From Malacoraja senta (lineage: Eukaryota), in contig CM075987.1 in NCBI GenBank assembly GCA_038087875.1, positions 19,718,001 through 19,782,000 on the forward strand: a stretch of 64,000 bases of DNA, in the 5' to 3' direction. Positions 26,648 to 40,065 of this stretch are shown here, one piece after another; position 1 is the stretch's first letter; the number at the start of each line of letters is the position of its first letter. The notes beneath the pieces are model-generated. The model made no database searches and was not told where the DNA came from. It worked only from the letters and a program-made list of their open reading frames with translations. The position numbers and the translations under genes are program-made.

Positions 26648-28392
26648 GAATCCCAACCTAAAATGCCGACTGTCCACTCCCTCCACAGATGCTGACTGAA
26701 CCACTAAATTTCACCAGCACTTTGTGTTTTGACACATGAGTAGAATGTTGTCTTGCGGTAGTAGTGATGTAGCATATGGGAGTTCATCACTCACCTGCAG
26801 AGTGGCAGAGAAATGCCTCTTGCTCACTTGCACATCTCGTCAGTATGGGCAGAGTCCCGCTCAGTGCATGTTAAACACTGGCCCTGTGGACAAGAACATA
26901 GATGGCAGAGACCATCTACTTAAGATTCTGCGTGTCAGAGTCTCAGCTTCAAGTCCATAAAATGCAGTGATAACAGAAAGGTCTGAATGCCAGTAGGAAA
27001 TTGCACCATTCGCTACTCATCCCCAATGTTCCTGGATTGTAAGGCCATGTTAGAGGTCATCTTGAAAGTCGATCACACCACTGTCGGGCTGAAGTCACAA
27101 AGAAGCCAGAGAGGATGAAGTGGACATCCGAGAACCAGCTGGTAATTGCATGGTCATCATTGCTAAAACTAGCTGTTATTTTATTTAATTCTAGATTATT
27201 AACTGAATGTTAAATTCTTTAGCTGTTATAATGGGATTTTCTCAGATCTGTGAATTGTTAGTCCAGGCCTCTGGTAATTTGACTGCTGCAGCACTTCCAG
27301 ACAGCATTGATTCACTGCAATTTACTACCACCACAACAAGTCCATGGCAGACGCCATTTCTCCGGCCATACACTCATACCGGGAACATCTCGATAGGAAG
27401 AACACCTATGTCAGTAGCATTGAGGTGGTTTCACCAGCAGTGTATGTTGCTGGTTTTAGCTTCAATTTTGTCAGGAAGGCTAAAAATGGATGGTGTGCCA
27501 GTGGTGACATCATTACATGCACGTTCTTGGAGCAGGTCCAATGCTGAAGCATGCATCCTGCATAGGACTGCCAGACTAACTTTGCATTTGCATCTGGAAC
27601 ATGCTGCTGCTGCAATCCACTCCTGATAAAAATCAACATCGGTGCGATTAGCACTTTAAAAGTTGACACTAATTAATCCAGTTTCTAAACTCAAGTATCC
27701 ACTCTAAAGATTAAAAGATTAGCATCAACTCTTATTCGGATGGAATACCAGCACAGAGGAAACCAAATGCCATGGAACAAGAAATATCCCCATATTCAGA
27801 CAGAATGGCATAACATTGAACCTAACCAAATGCATCTAAATACATGTTTCCCTTTCCTGTTTTGATCAAGTAAATCTTTACGCTGTAAAAGGTAAGCAGT
27901 GCGTTGGATTTTTCTTCAGGTGATATGGAATATTGCAGATTCCACTCGCAATCTGGCTGCCAAATCTTTCAGGTCATGGTTTGATTTGTGCACATTAGTA
28001 CCATATGCAGATTTTCTTACTGCCTTGTGGCTTTTTGTGGTGTACTAAAACGTTTCTCCCTTCTTGCAATTTCTGTTCTCAATTAATTTTGCTTTTTTTA
28101 AAATTGTTTTTGGATGTATTTTGTACTTAGATAGGTGAAAGGGGCCTCGGAAAATGAATGGATTTTCACTCCCGGCACTTCGGTGCTTCTGTTCCTGATT
28201 GAATTAAACATGGAGATCAAAGTAAAATTGTTTTTCTGAGCAATTTTAGTTACAAGAATGAAGCAAAGGATTTGTAAATAAAGGGTAGATTAGATCTAAG
28301 ATAAAAGAGTTCCCAGCACACTTTTAATATAAATGTTACTCTGAAGTAATGAAAAGCAATACTAAGCAACTTCAAATATTCTCTTCATTAGA

Positions 28393-28656
28393 ACACAAAA
28401 TGCTGGAGTAACTCAGTGGGTCAGACATCTCTGGAGGACTTGGATAAGCGATGTTTTGGCTCGTGGCCCCTTCTAAAGAATGCAGAATGGTCCGTCCTCA
28501 GTAGAGGCCTTTTCTTTGTACCTTCATAAAGTCTGAAGAGGAATCCCAACCTAAAACGTTGCCTATCTGTGTCCTTCAGAGATGATGACCCACTACGTAA
28601 CTCCAGCATTTTGCATTCTATGCAAGATTGCAGCATCTGCAATTCCTTGTGTCTCC
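28393..28656. mobile_element. Older PLE-derived fold-back repeat
   Basis: Minus arm about 28393-28475, plus arm about 28530-28656 with GTCTGAAGAGGAATCCCAACCTAAAACGTTGCC. Confidence 0.7.
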
Positions 28657-28874
28657 ATTGGTTTCATTATATATGTTTGGCTTAAGTAAGATTATTTTTA
28701 AACAAGTGTAATGTTAGACACTAATGTTGACTCTTGTCAAGGTGTTACCTGCATTTAGTGGAATCATATTCCTCACAGGAACACTGGATAGATGGAGATG
28801 CAATAGCAGCTTTCGGAAAGAATTCGGTATATATTTTCAAAATAAAATTGAAACAGAGTTATCAAGAGTGTTTA

Positions 28875-29103
28875 GGTAGACAAAAATGCTGGAGAAACTC
28901 AGCGGGTGAGGCAGCATCTATGGAGCGAAAGAAATAGGCAACGTTTCGGGCTGAAACCCTTCTTCAGACTGAAGACTTCTGGTTTCGGCCCGAAACGTTG
29001 CCTATTTCCTTCGCTCCATAGATGCTGCCTCACCCGCTGAGTTTCTCCAGCATTTTCGTCTACCTTCGATTTTCCAGCATCTGCAGTTCCTTCTTAAACT
29101 AAA
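28875..29103. mobile_element. Young PLE-derived fold-back insertion
   Basis: About 85-bp near-perfect inverted arms (28875-28959 and 28981-29065); 15-bp TSD TATCAAGAGTGTTTA (28860-28874, 29104-29118). Confidence 0.9.
28937..28969 (-). ncRNA. Short-stem-III type I hammerhead-ribozyme-like motif
   Basis: Minus strand GU-CUGAAGA-A-GGG-UUUCAG-CCC-GAAAC-GUU-GCC. Confidence 0.6.
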
Positions 29104-30424
29104 TATCAAGAGTGTTTAATTGTCTTATGCACCAGGAAGGTAACAATGAAATTGCTGCAGCTTTACAGGCACATTATCACAACAACAATACAATACATTA
29201 CCATTTAACACCAGGTAACCAGAATATTATAATGTAAGTCAAAGTATATAGTGTGATCAAAACAAAGTATATTGATTGTTAGTCCATAGTAGATGGAGAA
29301 CGACCATAAGAGTGAACTAATTATTCATCTCTTTCAAAGAGTAAGTGCAGGTGTGACAGGCCTAGTGGTCCTCTTCTGCATTGTGTGATTCTATAAATCC
29401 CTCCTGCTCCATTTTTGTAGGTAGTACTGCCCAGAAATGTTTCAGATTCAGATGTTTCAGATTCATCTCCATGGTTAGTGTGATCAGGAGGGAAGTCAGT
29501 TCGCCACACCAAGGACATAAAGCTTGAAATGTTCTCCTACTGAAGCTGTAGATGTGAGAAATAATAACTTTTAAACCTGATATTGGTAGCCTACTGAAGG
29601 CTAGTGGTACTAAGGGACAAGAAGGGGGCACAGTTATGTCCCAAGGTAAAGTTGAGTGATAGAACATTCAGGTGGAAGTGACTTGATTGTTATTGTTTCC
29701 ATGTTGCTGATGGGAGTTTTATGGGATCCATTGTTGCAAAGTTTGAAGCTGAAATTTCTTTTGAAGTGTCATCAACCTGAAAATATAATATGATTAGACT
29801 CTATAAGTGCATACTTCACTTTTCCCAGTCAGCACTCAGCATAATGTAACCCACAGGCTGTGTACTGTTTTATAACAGAGGTCTAATGCCTCAGCCTGGA
29901 TGGTCTACTCTTGGTCCGGTGTACCCATGTCATGATAGGCAGTGCTGACCTTTTTTTAGACTGGAACAATCTGGGTTTCATTTCTTGTTCCAAACTGTAG
30001 ACTTTTCTTGCCATTGCCAAAAGGAGCTACCTCTTTTTTTTCAGGACCTCCTTAGTGAAGAGTTCCAAATTCGCCTCTTTAAATTTTGCCTTCAGGCACT
30101 TTCCAGCTTCCTTTGGGATTTAAAAAAAAGGTCTTTTGGAAACATCTACACTCACAGCTGCCTCTTTAGTACAGGGTTTACATTATTAACATGCAGTTTA
30201 CATCACCATCCTGACCAATGTTTTGCTGCAACACAGATACTAAAAGTTTCTGATTTTATTTAACTTGAAGAACACAATTGTTTTGGACATAACAGTTCAG
30301 TATATCTGTAACACAATTGATAAATTAGGCCAGAATGCATTTATGTAGACCTAAACTAAAGTTATAAATCAACAGGCCATAATATGCCACAGGAGTGAAT
30401 CTAACAGTGAGTGCCTCTAGTTCA

Positions 30425-30652
30425 ACATAGAAACATAGAAAATAGGTGCAGAAAATAGGTGCAGGAGTAGGCCATTCGGCCCTTCGAGCCTGCACCGCCT
30501 GCACCGCCATTCAATATGATCATGGCTGATCATCCAACTCAGTATCCTGTACCTGCTTTCTCTCCATACCCCCTGATCCCTTTAGCCACAAGGGCCACAT
30601 CTAACTCCCTCTTAAATATAGCCAATGAACTGGCCTCAACTACCTTCTGTAG
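30425..30652 (-). mobile_element. Young CR1 3' end fragment
   Basis: Near-identical to 45611-45820 and to the reverse complement of 21185-21391; has two small internal tandem duplications. Confidence 0.92.
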
Positions 30653-30810
30653 CAGAGAACCTGCCTCTGTCTATTTTACCACCATCAGATTTACCACCAT
30701 CAGAATTACCACCATTCAAAGGAAACCAGCGCCAGGGACTAGTGTGGACAGGAAAAGTAACTGTGCATCTCTTTAGCCTAGGTCAAAAAATTGCAAGGCA
30801 AAAAGCATAA

Positions 30811-31085
30811 AGGGCCTGTCCCACTTGGGCGACCTAATCCGCGAGTTCTGGTGAGTTTGCCCCCGACTCATACTCGCAGCATGGTCGACACGAGGTCGTA
30901 GGAGGTCTTCGTAACACTCCTTCAAGCTCGAGAGTGGTCTCCGCGTATTCAAGGCCTCAGCTAGGTCGCGGCGTTTTTTTCAATATGTTAAAAAATGCCC
31001 GCGAGTAAAAAAAGATCATCATGGAAAAAATCTATACTTTTTTTACTCGTAGGTTTAGTCGTAGTAGGTCGTAGTAGGTCAACAT
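30811..31085. mobile_element. Truncated PIF/Harbinger-like MITE
   Basis: TAA then AGGGCCTGTCCCACTT terminus, CpG-rich body related to 41806-42127; right end missing. Confidence 0.6.
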
Positions 31086-31483
31086 GAAATCTATGACAAA
31101 ATAGTGACAGATGGAGCAGAAAATATTAGTTTGAGATGAGGAAAAAATATATACAAGTAAGTTACAATTTTTTAATTTCTAGCAATTTGTATTTGCATGG
31201 GGACCCAAGTGCTTGTTTCCCAATCTAGGTGCTTGTTTTTATGAAGTGAACAGAGAAAGTGGGTATCCCTAACAACTTTTGTACTTAGGTGAGTTTACTG
31301 TAGTATTTCCACATGTATTGTTGTGAACAGATTTCAGCTCAATGTTATTTTGATGCAAATTATAGCTTAATACCTTTTTAAAACATGGATCTAATTTGAT
31401 CGTTCGGTATGATTTGAATACTGGTTACCATGTTGTCGGTTGCAGAAAATACAGTTATATTTAGAACATAATACACATTTCAT

Positions 31484-32672
31484 GTTCAAATTCAAGTTAG
31501 TTTATTGTCATGTGTCCCTGATAAGACAATGAAATTCTTGCTTTGCTTCAGCACAACAGAACATAGAAGGCATTGACTACAAAACAGATCAGTGTGTCCA
31601 TATATCATTATATAAATATATACACACATGAATAAATAAACTGATAAAGTGCAAATAACAGATAATGGGCTATTAATGTTCATAGTTTTGTCCGAGCCAA
31701 GTTTAATAGCCTGATGGCTGTGGGGAAGTAGTTATTCCTGAACCTGGTCGTTGCAGTCTTCAGGCTCCTGTACCTTCTACTTGAAGGTAGCAGGGAGATG
31801 AGTGTGTGGCCAGGATGGTGTGGGTCTTTGATGATACTGCCAGCCTTTTTGAGGCAGCGACTGCGATAGATCCCCTCGATGGAAGGGAGGTCAGAGCCGA
31901 TGATGGACTGGGCAGTGTTTACTACTCTTTGTAGTCTTTTTCTCTCCAGGGCGCTCAAGTTGCCGAACCAAGCCACGATGCAACCGGTCAGCATGCTCTC
32001 TACTGTGCACCTGTAGAAGTTAGAGAGTCCTCCTTGACAAACCGACTCTCCGTAATCTTCTCAGGAAGTAGAGGCGCTGATGTGCTTTCTTAATAGTAGC
32101 ATCAGTGTTCTCAGACCAGGAAAGATCTTCAGAGATATGCACACCCAGGAATTTAAAGCTCTTGACCCTTTCAACCATCGACCCATTGATATAAACGGGA
32201 CTGTGGGTCCCCATCCTACTCCTTCCAAAGTCCACAATCAGTTCCTTGGTTTTGCTGGTGTTGAGGGCCAGGTTATTGTGCGGGCACCATATGGACAGTT
32301 GCTCGATTTCTCTTCTGTACTCTGACTCATCCCCATCAGTGATACGTCCCACAACAGTGGTGTCGTCAGCGAACTTGATGATGGAGTTCGCACTATGACT
32401 GGCTATGCAGTCATGAGTATAGAGTGAGTACAGCAGGGGGCTGAGCATGCAGCCTTGAGGTGCTCCCGTGCTGATTGTTATCAAGTCTGACACATTTCCA
32501 CCAATACGAACAGACTGTAGTCTGAGAGTGAGGAAGTCGAGGATCCAATTGCAGAGGGATGCGCAGAGACCCAGTTCTGCGAGTTTGGTAACCAGCTTGG
32601 AAGGGATGATTGTATTAAATGCCGAGCTGTAATCGATGAATAACAGCCTGACATATGAGTTTTTGTTGTCCA
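31484..32672 (-). mobile_element. Rex1/Babar-type LINE, 5'-truncated, well preserved
   Basis: [47 protein letters not shown] and [13 protein letters not shown]; one frameshift near 32020 separates the 217-aa and 104-aa ORFs; 3' UTR with AATAAA. Confidence 0.93.
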
Positions 32673-33137
32673 ATTATTGAATAACAAGATTTATCTCCTC
32701 ATAATAAATTCTTAAAGGAGCTTGGTTTTTTGTGGTGATTTGCCAGTGATTTTTTTGTTTTACAAATGAATAAAGGTGGAGCTAACAATCCAAAATCCCT
32801 TGCTTTTTCCTAAATAGCTCTTTGGTCCCGTTGTCATTTTGATAAACCAGTCCTAGATCTTCATGGTAGAGAAGATAAGAGTGTCTTTACAGGAGCCAAT
32901 TCTGGTAGACCAAGGCATCTGAGAGTCAATGGACACCTTGCAACTCCTGTAGGCTGGGAGATTAGGAAGCACTGCCTAAGAAGATAAATCTTTGTGAGAG
33001 CTTTGCCATTGATTTTCTAGTGGCTCTGTTCCCAGTGATATATTAAAAAGAGTTGATTTTTAAAAGAAAGGAGAAACTGCAGCACCTGCTGCCAATAAAG
33101 GCAGGATAATTTTGCCAAACCATTTGCAGAGGATAGA

Positions 33138-33311
33138 AGGTACACAAAAATGCTGGAGAAACTCAGCGGGTGCAGCAGCATCCATGGAGCGAAGGAAACA
33201 GGCAACGTCTCGGGCCGAAACCCTTCTTCAGATGCTGCTGCACCCGCTGAGTTTCTCCAGCATTTTTGTGTACCTTCGATTTTCCAGCATCTGCAGTTCC
33301 TTCTTTAACAC
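33138..33311. mobile_element. Young PLE-derived fold-back insertion
   Basis: 13-bp TSD TGCAGAGGATAGA (33125-33137, 33312-33324); inverted arms; hammerhead GAAA mutated to GAGA. Confidence 0.88.
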
Positions 33312-34149
33312 TGCAGAGGATAGAGGTTAGTTGTGAAATATCAATGTAAAGTCCAATTCAGTTATGTTTAGAAAATCAGTCTTTGGTTTAGAGTAATGTG
33401 CTTCATCCAATGTGTAGAATTAGCTTCATCCATTTGGGAGTAATTTTGTCACAAGAGGTAGCTGAATATCAATGAGAATTAGTCATAAAGACACGAGTCA
33501 ACCAATCATCTGTTGTTTACAATGTTGCAATTTTCAGGACACGATATCAAATTCTTTAACTTCAAGTGACTTCCATTTTCGGCCATTTCCACCTGCAATT
33601 ATTTTGGCTTGGATTTCCCTTCTTTTTCTACAGTCGCATGGCCATTTCATTAGCAGTACATTGCGCAGGCAAAAAAACCGCTTAACTTGATATTAACATC
33701 TACTGAGCTGCCATATCAAATCATTTGATCTCTCCCTATCAAAGATATTCAAGAGTCAAGAGTGTTTTATTGTCATATGTCCCAGATGGGACAATGACAT
33801 TCCTACTTGCTGCAGCACAACAGAATATGTGAATATGTAAACATATTACATAATGGGGGAAGAGAGAAAATACAAAAATAAATAAATATTTCCCTTATTT
33901 ATCCCCATCCCTCCCCCCACCTCTGCTTCATAAACGAATGTGTTCTCTCTTTCTCAGTTCTAATGAAATGTTAACCGTTTCTCTGTCCATTGAAGCTGCT
34001 TGTGCTGCTGTGTGTTTTTAGCAATTTGTGTTTTTATTTCAGCCTTCCTGCATCTGCAATTTAAAAAAAATAATTTAAAATGAAAGCTCAGTTCCCTCTG
34101 TCAATGTGCTGGCTGAGTCTGCATTGTGGTAGGATGAAATCATAGTTTC

Positions 34150-34500
34150 ATAATGTCAAATAGCACAGAAACAGGCCTTTTAGGCCACCATGCCTACTAT
34201 TAAGCACCTATCTATGCTACCAAGAATTTAGTCCATTGTCTTCTACGCTTTGGTGATTCAAGTGTTCAACTGGATGCTGATTCAGTGTTAAGGAAACTGT
34301 TGCCACATCAACCTTAGAAAGTATCTTCCAACCTCCTATAGGTGAAAAAATCCATACTCAGATCTCCTCTAAACCTCTTACCCCATACCCTAAATCTACA
34401 GACTCTAGTTTTAAATAGTTATGGATAATAGTTTCCTACTATCCACCCTGTGCATATCTACCCTATCTACCTTATGTCCCTTGTAATTTTGTATACCTGT
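34150..34500 (-). mobile_element. Old CR1 3' fragment
   Basis: AGCACAGAAACAGGCCTT tail and CAGATCTCCTCTAAACCTCTTACCCC motif. Confidence 0.65.
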
Positions 34501-35811
34501 TTTTGGGAGAATCTCTTTTTATCTGCCATTACTGATGGGTCACCATGGAGCAGGTATGTTAAAAACTGGAGTATGTATGTGCTTACTGCATGGCGAAGAG
34601 TTGGCAGTTGTGTGAAACTTAAGCAGGCAAAAAGGAGAACTGAGATGGCTCCCAATATAGAAAGTTGCCCTGGGTGCAAAAGGGTACTAATGCAAAGAGA
34701 TTGCCATGGGTAATTGTAAAACAACGTTTTAACACTAAAAACACTTAAAAACAGAACTAATGAATTTCTAGGCATTCTGTTTGTGAATGAGAGACTGTTC
34801 CGCTTGCTATTATGGTTGATTTTCAAAGTACCTAAGTTAAAGGCGATCGTCAGAAGAAGTGGGGATCTGCAAGAAAAGCCTTTTCACACATCATGTCATG
34901 ATCTGGAAATGCTTGCCTGGGAATAGAGTGGAAGCAGACTTTGTTGTTGATTTCAGAAGAGCTCAAGATAGATAATCGAGGAAGAAAAACATTTGTGAGG
35001 CTCCAGGGAAAGAATTGGTGAATGGAAATGAGTTTTTTCATACCAAGAGCCAACACAGGCCTGCTGGGTTACAAGAACCCTCTTCATTGCTGCAATGATT
35101 CTATAAATCTCAATACACATGATGGCTAAAAAAATACTCTAACAATAATTAGTTTAACTTTTAAAAACTGATCAGCAAAGTTCACTTATTGCTAAAGATC
35201 TACTCTGAAAATACATTAATTCAACCTTGCAGTTTAATATGGAGATAATAAAATGTTAATATTAACCAAGTCTGGAGTTTGTAATAAAGAAATTTCCTTG
35301 AGGAGCCAACTCCTGGATAGACAATTAGAATTTAGCCTTTCCATTAAAACTTACAAGCCAGTAATGTGGCCATTTCCAAATGAACACAGAAACATTATCA
35401 GCTTAGTGACCAATGCTGTAATGTAAAACATCTGCAGTGTTATAAAATATTAATTTGTTCTATCCAGGTCCCCTCTCTCAATGATATAGCTTTTTTTTAA
35501 TCCATTTATGAAAGGAAAAGAAATATAATTTGGGGGGGAAAAGTTGTGAATTTTTTAAAGCATTTACAATTTTGAATATCAAATTTTCAGATATTGCACA
35601 TTGACCCTCATTTAAGAAATTATATTGTGACTTTATTGAACAATTTACAGATTCATATCTTAAAAGTGATGCAATTTCTCCATTTACCCATCAGCATATA
35701 GGAGAATAACATGATCATGGCAAATGTACGATAGTTGCTATCAATTCCTGGAAGGAATTCAGGAGAAACATCAAGGAATGCTCCGAAAGTGGGAATCATT
35801 ACCACAAGAAG

Positions 35812-36447
35812 AGAGTCAAGAGTGTTCAATTATCATATGTACTGACAACAAAACAATGACATTCTTATTTGCCACAGTAGCTTGCCACTGAGTGCAATAG
35901 CATATAGATAAATATATTATAATCAATAATATCTTAATAAATTAATAACTGTTATACTAGATAACCATATCATGCAAAACTGAAGTCCGGAATGCAACCA
36001 AAGAGTCCATGGAAGATCATAGGTAGACACAAAATGCTGGAGTAACTCAGCAGGTGAGGTAGCATCTATGGAGAGAAGGAATTGGCGATGTTTCGTGCAC
36101 TACAGCCATGGAAGATCATCATTGCTGGGGTTGATGTTGTAGAGTTTTCAGGAGCCGGATGATTGCTCTGAATAGACTGCCATTGAACCTGGTGGTCCTA
36201 GTTTTCAACCTCTTGTACCTTCTCCCCGATGGTGGTAGTGGAATGAAAATGTGGTCAGGGTGATGTGTAGCTTTGATGATATTGGCTTCCTTTTTGAAGA
36301 AGCGCCTCCTATAGATCCCTTCGATGGTGGGGAGGTCAGTAGCTGTGACTGATCGCGTAGTGTCTCTGTAGTCTCATTCATTTCTGGGCATTAGTTGAAT
36401 CTAGCAGTGATATAACCAATCAGTTTGCTCGCTACCATATACCTAGA
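35812..36447 (-). mobile_element. Rex1/Babar 3' fragment, interrupted by a PLE piece at 36021-36105
   Basis: Similar to 31500-32015; insertion flanked by 14-bp TSD CCATGGAAGATCAT (36007-36020, 36106-36119). Confidence 0.8.
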
Positions 36448-36569
36448 TGAGATGAATAGCATAATATTTTTAAGAGGAAGACAGATGAAAGCCTTAAGGA
36501 GAAATGGTTAGCAAATGATGGCAAAGTAGAAAATGATGGCAAACACTGCCAAGGACTAAATATAATAAA

Positions 36570-37210
36570 AAAGGAACTGCAGTTGTTTGTTTATAGCAAA
36601 GATAGACACAAAGTGCTGGAGTAACTCAATGGGCCAGGCAGCATCTCTGAAGAAAAAATGCAGTTTGATGTTTCAGGTCGAGACCCTTCTTCTGATCGAT
36701 TGTAGGGGAGGGGGACTGGAAACAATAAAAGACCAGGACAAATCAGGGCCAGCAACAAATGACCTCAGGCAGGGTGCTTCCTTAATAGGTCAATTATTCA
36801 CTAAGGACAGTGTGATCCCAAGAAAGATACATCGTTACAAACTGTGGAACTGGTTAACTGACTTTCAATGGAAAAAGGGGGGGTAAGGAGGAGAGGGGAG
36901 TGTCTGTATAAATGACCTAAAATCGGAGAATTCAACATTCACACCTGGGCTGTAAGCCAATTTGCATGTGGCCTTCCTCTGGCAAAGGAGGAGTCCCTGG
37001 ACAGGAAGGACAGTATATGAATAGGAAGGGGAGTTAAAATGGTTAGCAACCGGGAGATCCAGTAGGCCTTGGCGGACTAAGCGTAGGTGTTCAGCGAAAT
37101 GGTCGCCCAGTTTATGCTTGGTCTTAATGAGGTAAAGGAGCCCTCATTGGGAACACTGGATACAGTAGATGAGGTTAGAGGAGGTGCATGTGAACCTCTG
37201 TCTCACCTGG
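36570..37210 (-). mobile_element. Penelope-like element 3' part: GIY-YIG endonuclease remnant plus pseudo-LTR
   Basis: Minus strand translates QVRQRFTCTSSNLIYCIQCSQ*GLLYLIKTKHKLGDHFAEHLRLVRQGLLDLPVANHFNS; degenerate hammerhead-like motif at about 36665-36695 downstream. Confidence 0.88.
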
Positions 37211-39356
37211 AATACATTTAATACTGCCTGGAAATACATTTAATATAATAGAACTGCCATGGACTGTAGACATAGAGCTATGATTGTCTATTTAACATTG
37301 TCAAAGTAAACTTTAAAGATACTAAAGTAAAATTGTAATACATCTGAAGAAGATTGACTCTACTGTCATCATTCTGGTTATTGGCAGGTACCTGTGTGGA
37401 GGCCAGTTTTCATTCAGTGAAACAACCGGTGGAAATCTCGATAAGCAACATAATTCCCAAAGCTCTTTGGCCAAAATCTGATTATTCATCTGGCAAAAAC
37501 TTAACATAGAATTCATTGGCACCTCAATCATAATCCCGTTAAAGATGTGTTTGGAATCTTGAGGCAGTTCTTCACATGATGAATTGACTTTTCCTTGCAT
37601 ATTTCTGATAAGCCTGTAAAGAAATGTATGATTGTGAAGTGGATTGTGACCTAGATAAATGCAAGGGAAAAAGAAAATGAATGTTAAAATGGGGGGAGTG
37701 GGGGAGAGAGGGTTAGGGAATGGTGGGAGACTAGCTTTGGTGAGGATGAAACTAACGTTTACCAGTAAAATCACCATCTTTTCCGCCACATTTATTCACT
37801 AACATCTGTTTACCTTTAACTGCTACAGCAGGTTCTGGAACCAATAGCAACACTCGTTTCCTCAAATGCAAGGATAAGAATGGCATTCACCGTGTAAAGC
37901 AATTATGGGATGTGATTCCAGTTGACTGAGTCAGGAAATTAACCCAGGAGTGTATTTTTGCCATTAATTATCATTGTAATTTTAGTTGCCCCCCTCACAC
38001 ATGCACTTCCCGACTCTTTGGCTCCCAGTTTCAGAATGCTTAAATCTGTTTTTAGATCCCCAATGCTCTCTTTATCCCTATCTATGTTATCTCTTACATA
38101 TTCTTGATGTCTATGTTCCTATAATTTTGGTATTTTGAGCATCCCTGATTTTAATCACATTATTGTGCTTACCATTGCCAAAGCTTTAAGATCTGAAATT
38201 CTCTTCTTAGATCACTCCACTCCACCTCTCTTTCTTCTTGAAGCCACCACTTAGCATCTGATTCTTTGATCTGGCTTTTTTGTCATTTACCGACAAATGA
38301 CAAAAAAGCCAGGCTTGTCCTGGCATGAAATTTAGCTTTATAGTGTAGACACAAAAATATATTATTTAATTATAGGGTTATTGTTGAGATATAATGATTT
38401 ATACCTGAGAGTTGCTCTAAGATAATTACACCAGAACATTTTACATCAAGTTTTCAGCTTTTTATCTTCTGGTTATATTTATATGATATTCAACTATATT
38501 TCTAGAAAAACATTTATGTTTAAATGTCTCCTTACTGTAGAAGCTGAAAGCCAACAAGCTGTGATTTAGTGAAGAGAAAATATGGAAAACAGATATTAAA
38601 TTGCCTCAGGCAATAATTATGTTTCTGTCGGTAATATTTATAGATATAATTGTTATATATTAATATAAGGGATAATTTAAAACATCTGATTTTCACCCAG
38701 AGCCCTTAATCTCAGAAAATTAAAATTCTGGCAGATGGCGACAACTGTCCTTCCAGCCTTCAGGGTTCTTCACACTTAACTGACATCTGGATTCAATCTG
38801 AAGAAATATCCAGCACAAAACCGAACCAATTTACTTCTCTCTATCCTTTTTTGTGACTGAAACATGCTCATAATTGGAGAAGAAGCCCATCGTCTTTGAG
38901 TGCATTAAACAATATGAAGATCTAAAGCTTCTAACTTTATAACTGGCACAGGAAACTATGCGTTTCTGGAAGTGCATTGAAACACAGATCCAATTCATCT
39001 GATACTGTTAATACTGGCTGGTATTTCTTGCCTCCCATCTAACCAACAGGATTAAGTGATCTTCTTTAATCTAAATCGAGTTCAGCCAGTAGACGCTGTA
39101 ATTGCACTCATTCTTCTTTGCATTCATTTGTCAGCACATGTGGTTGCTTGCAAATTCAAAGACCAGATTGCAAATGGAAGACTGAAGACATTTTTTGTTG
39201 CTCACTGCTTCCAACAACAAAAAGAAGAAAATTTAGCAATGGTTTATAACGTCCATGTTGCCCTCTCTGAGAGTTAATGCACTAATAAATACTATTACAT
39301 TTGTAATACTCCAAGGAAAACTATTCATGGTGAGCAAGCAATGTATAATAAGCATG

Positions 39357-39446
39357 GATAATCACAAAAAGCTGGAGTAACTCAGCGGGACAGGCAGCAT
39401 CTCTAGAAAGAAGGAATGGGTGACGTTTCGGGTCGAGACCCTTCTA
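39357..39446 (-). mobile_element. PLE-derived short repeat
   Basis: Minus strand GAAGGGTCTCGACCCGAAACGTCACCCATTCC (stem II, GAAAC, GUC; the CUGA is lost). Confidence 0.8.
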
Positions 39447-39827
39447 GATGGCATCAATCAAGCCCCATCATTAAGAAATAATTATTTCATTTAATATTTT
39501 CACCTCAGTGCTCCAGACAAGATAGATTGATGGCCACTGTAGGTCCATACACTTTTGAGATACTTTGATTTTTTCCTCACATCAATTAATAGTCTTCTGA
39601 CTGAAATATATTTTTTCTGATATTTTCCCCTCATCACTTCTCATGTTACTTGAAGGGGTAAACACATGCTTTCTTTCCAATGTAGGTCTTGTGGTGGCCA
39701 GAAGGATACATGCAAGAATGGCTTGGAATGATCTGCTTTTGTTTGAATGCTCTTACTTTCAGGTGAAGTGTCTGTTACTTTCAGGTGAAGTATCTGCTAC
39801 TTTTCAGAGATAGACAGAAGGGTCACC

Positions 39828-40009
39828 TGAGACCCACACCTTGACCACACTCTCATTTCACTCCTGCCTTCGGGAAGAAGGTATAGGAGTCTGAAAACCA
39901 TAACACTGAGGTTCAGGAGCAGCTTCTTCCCAAAATATATCACAACTCCCAAATAAGATCCGAACTACATTGACTTGGGGGCATTGTTTTTGTCTTTGCA
40001 CTATTGCTG

Positions 40010-40065
<56 letters not shown>

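Noticed and set aside
37322..37789. 155-aa minus-strand ORF
   Set aside because: No recognisable motif and no convincing splice signals; compatible with chance.
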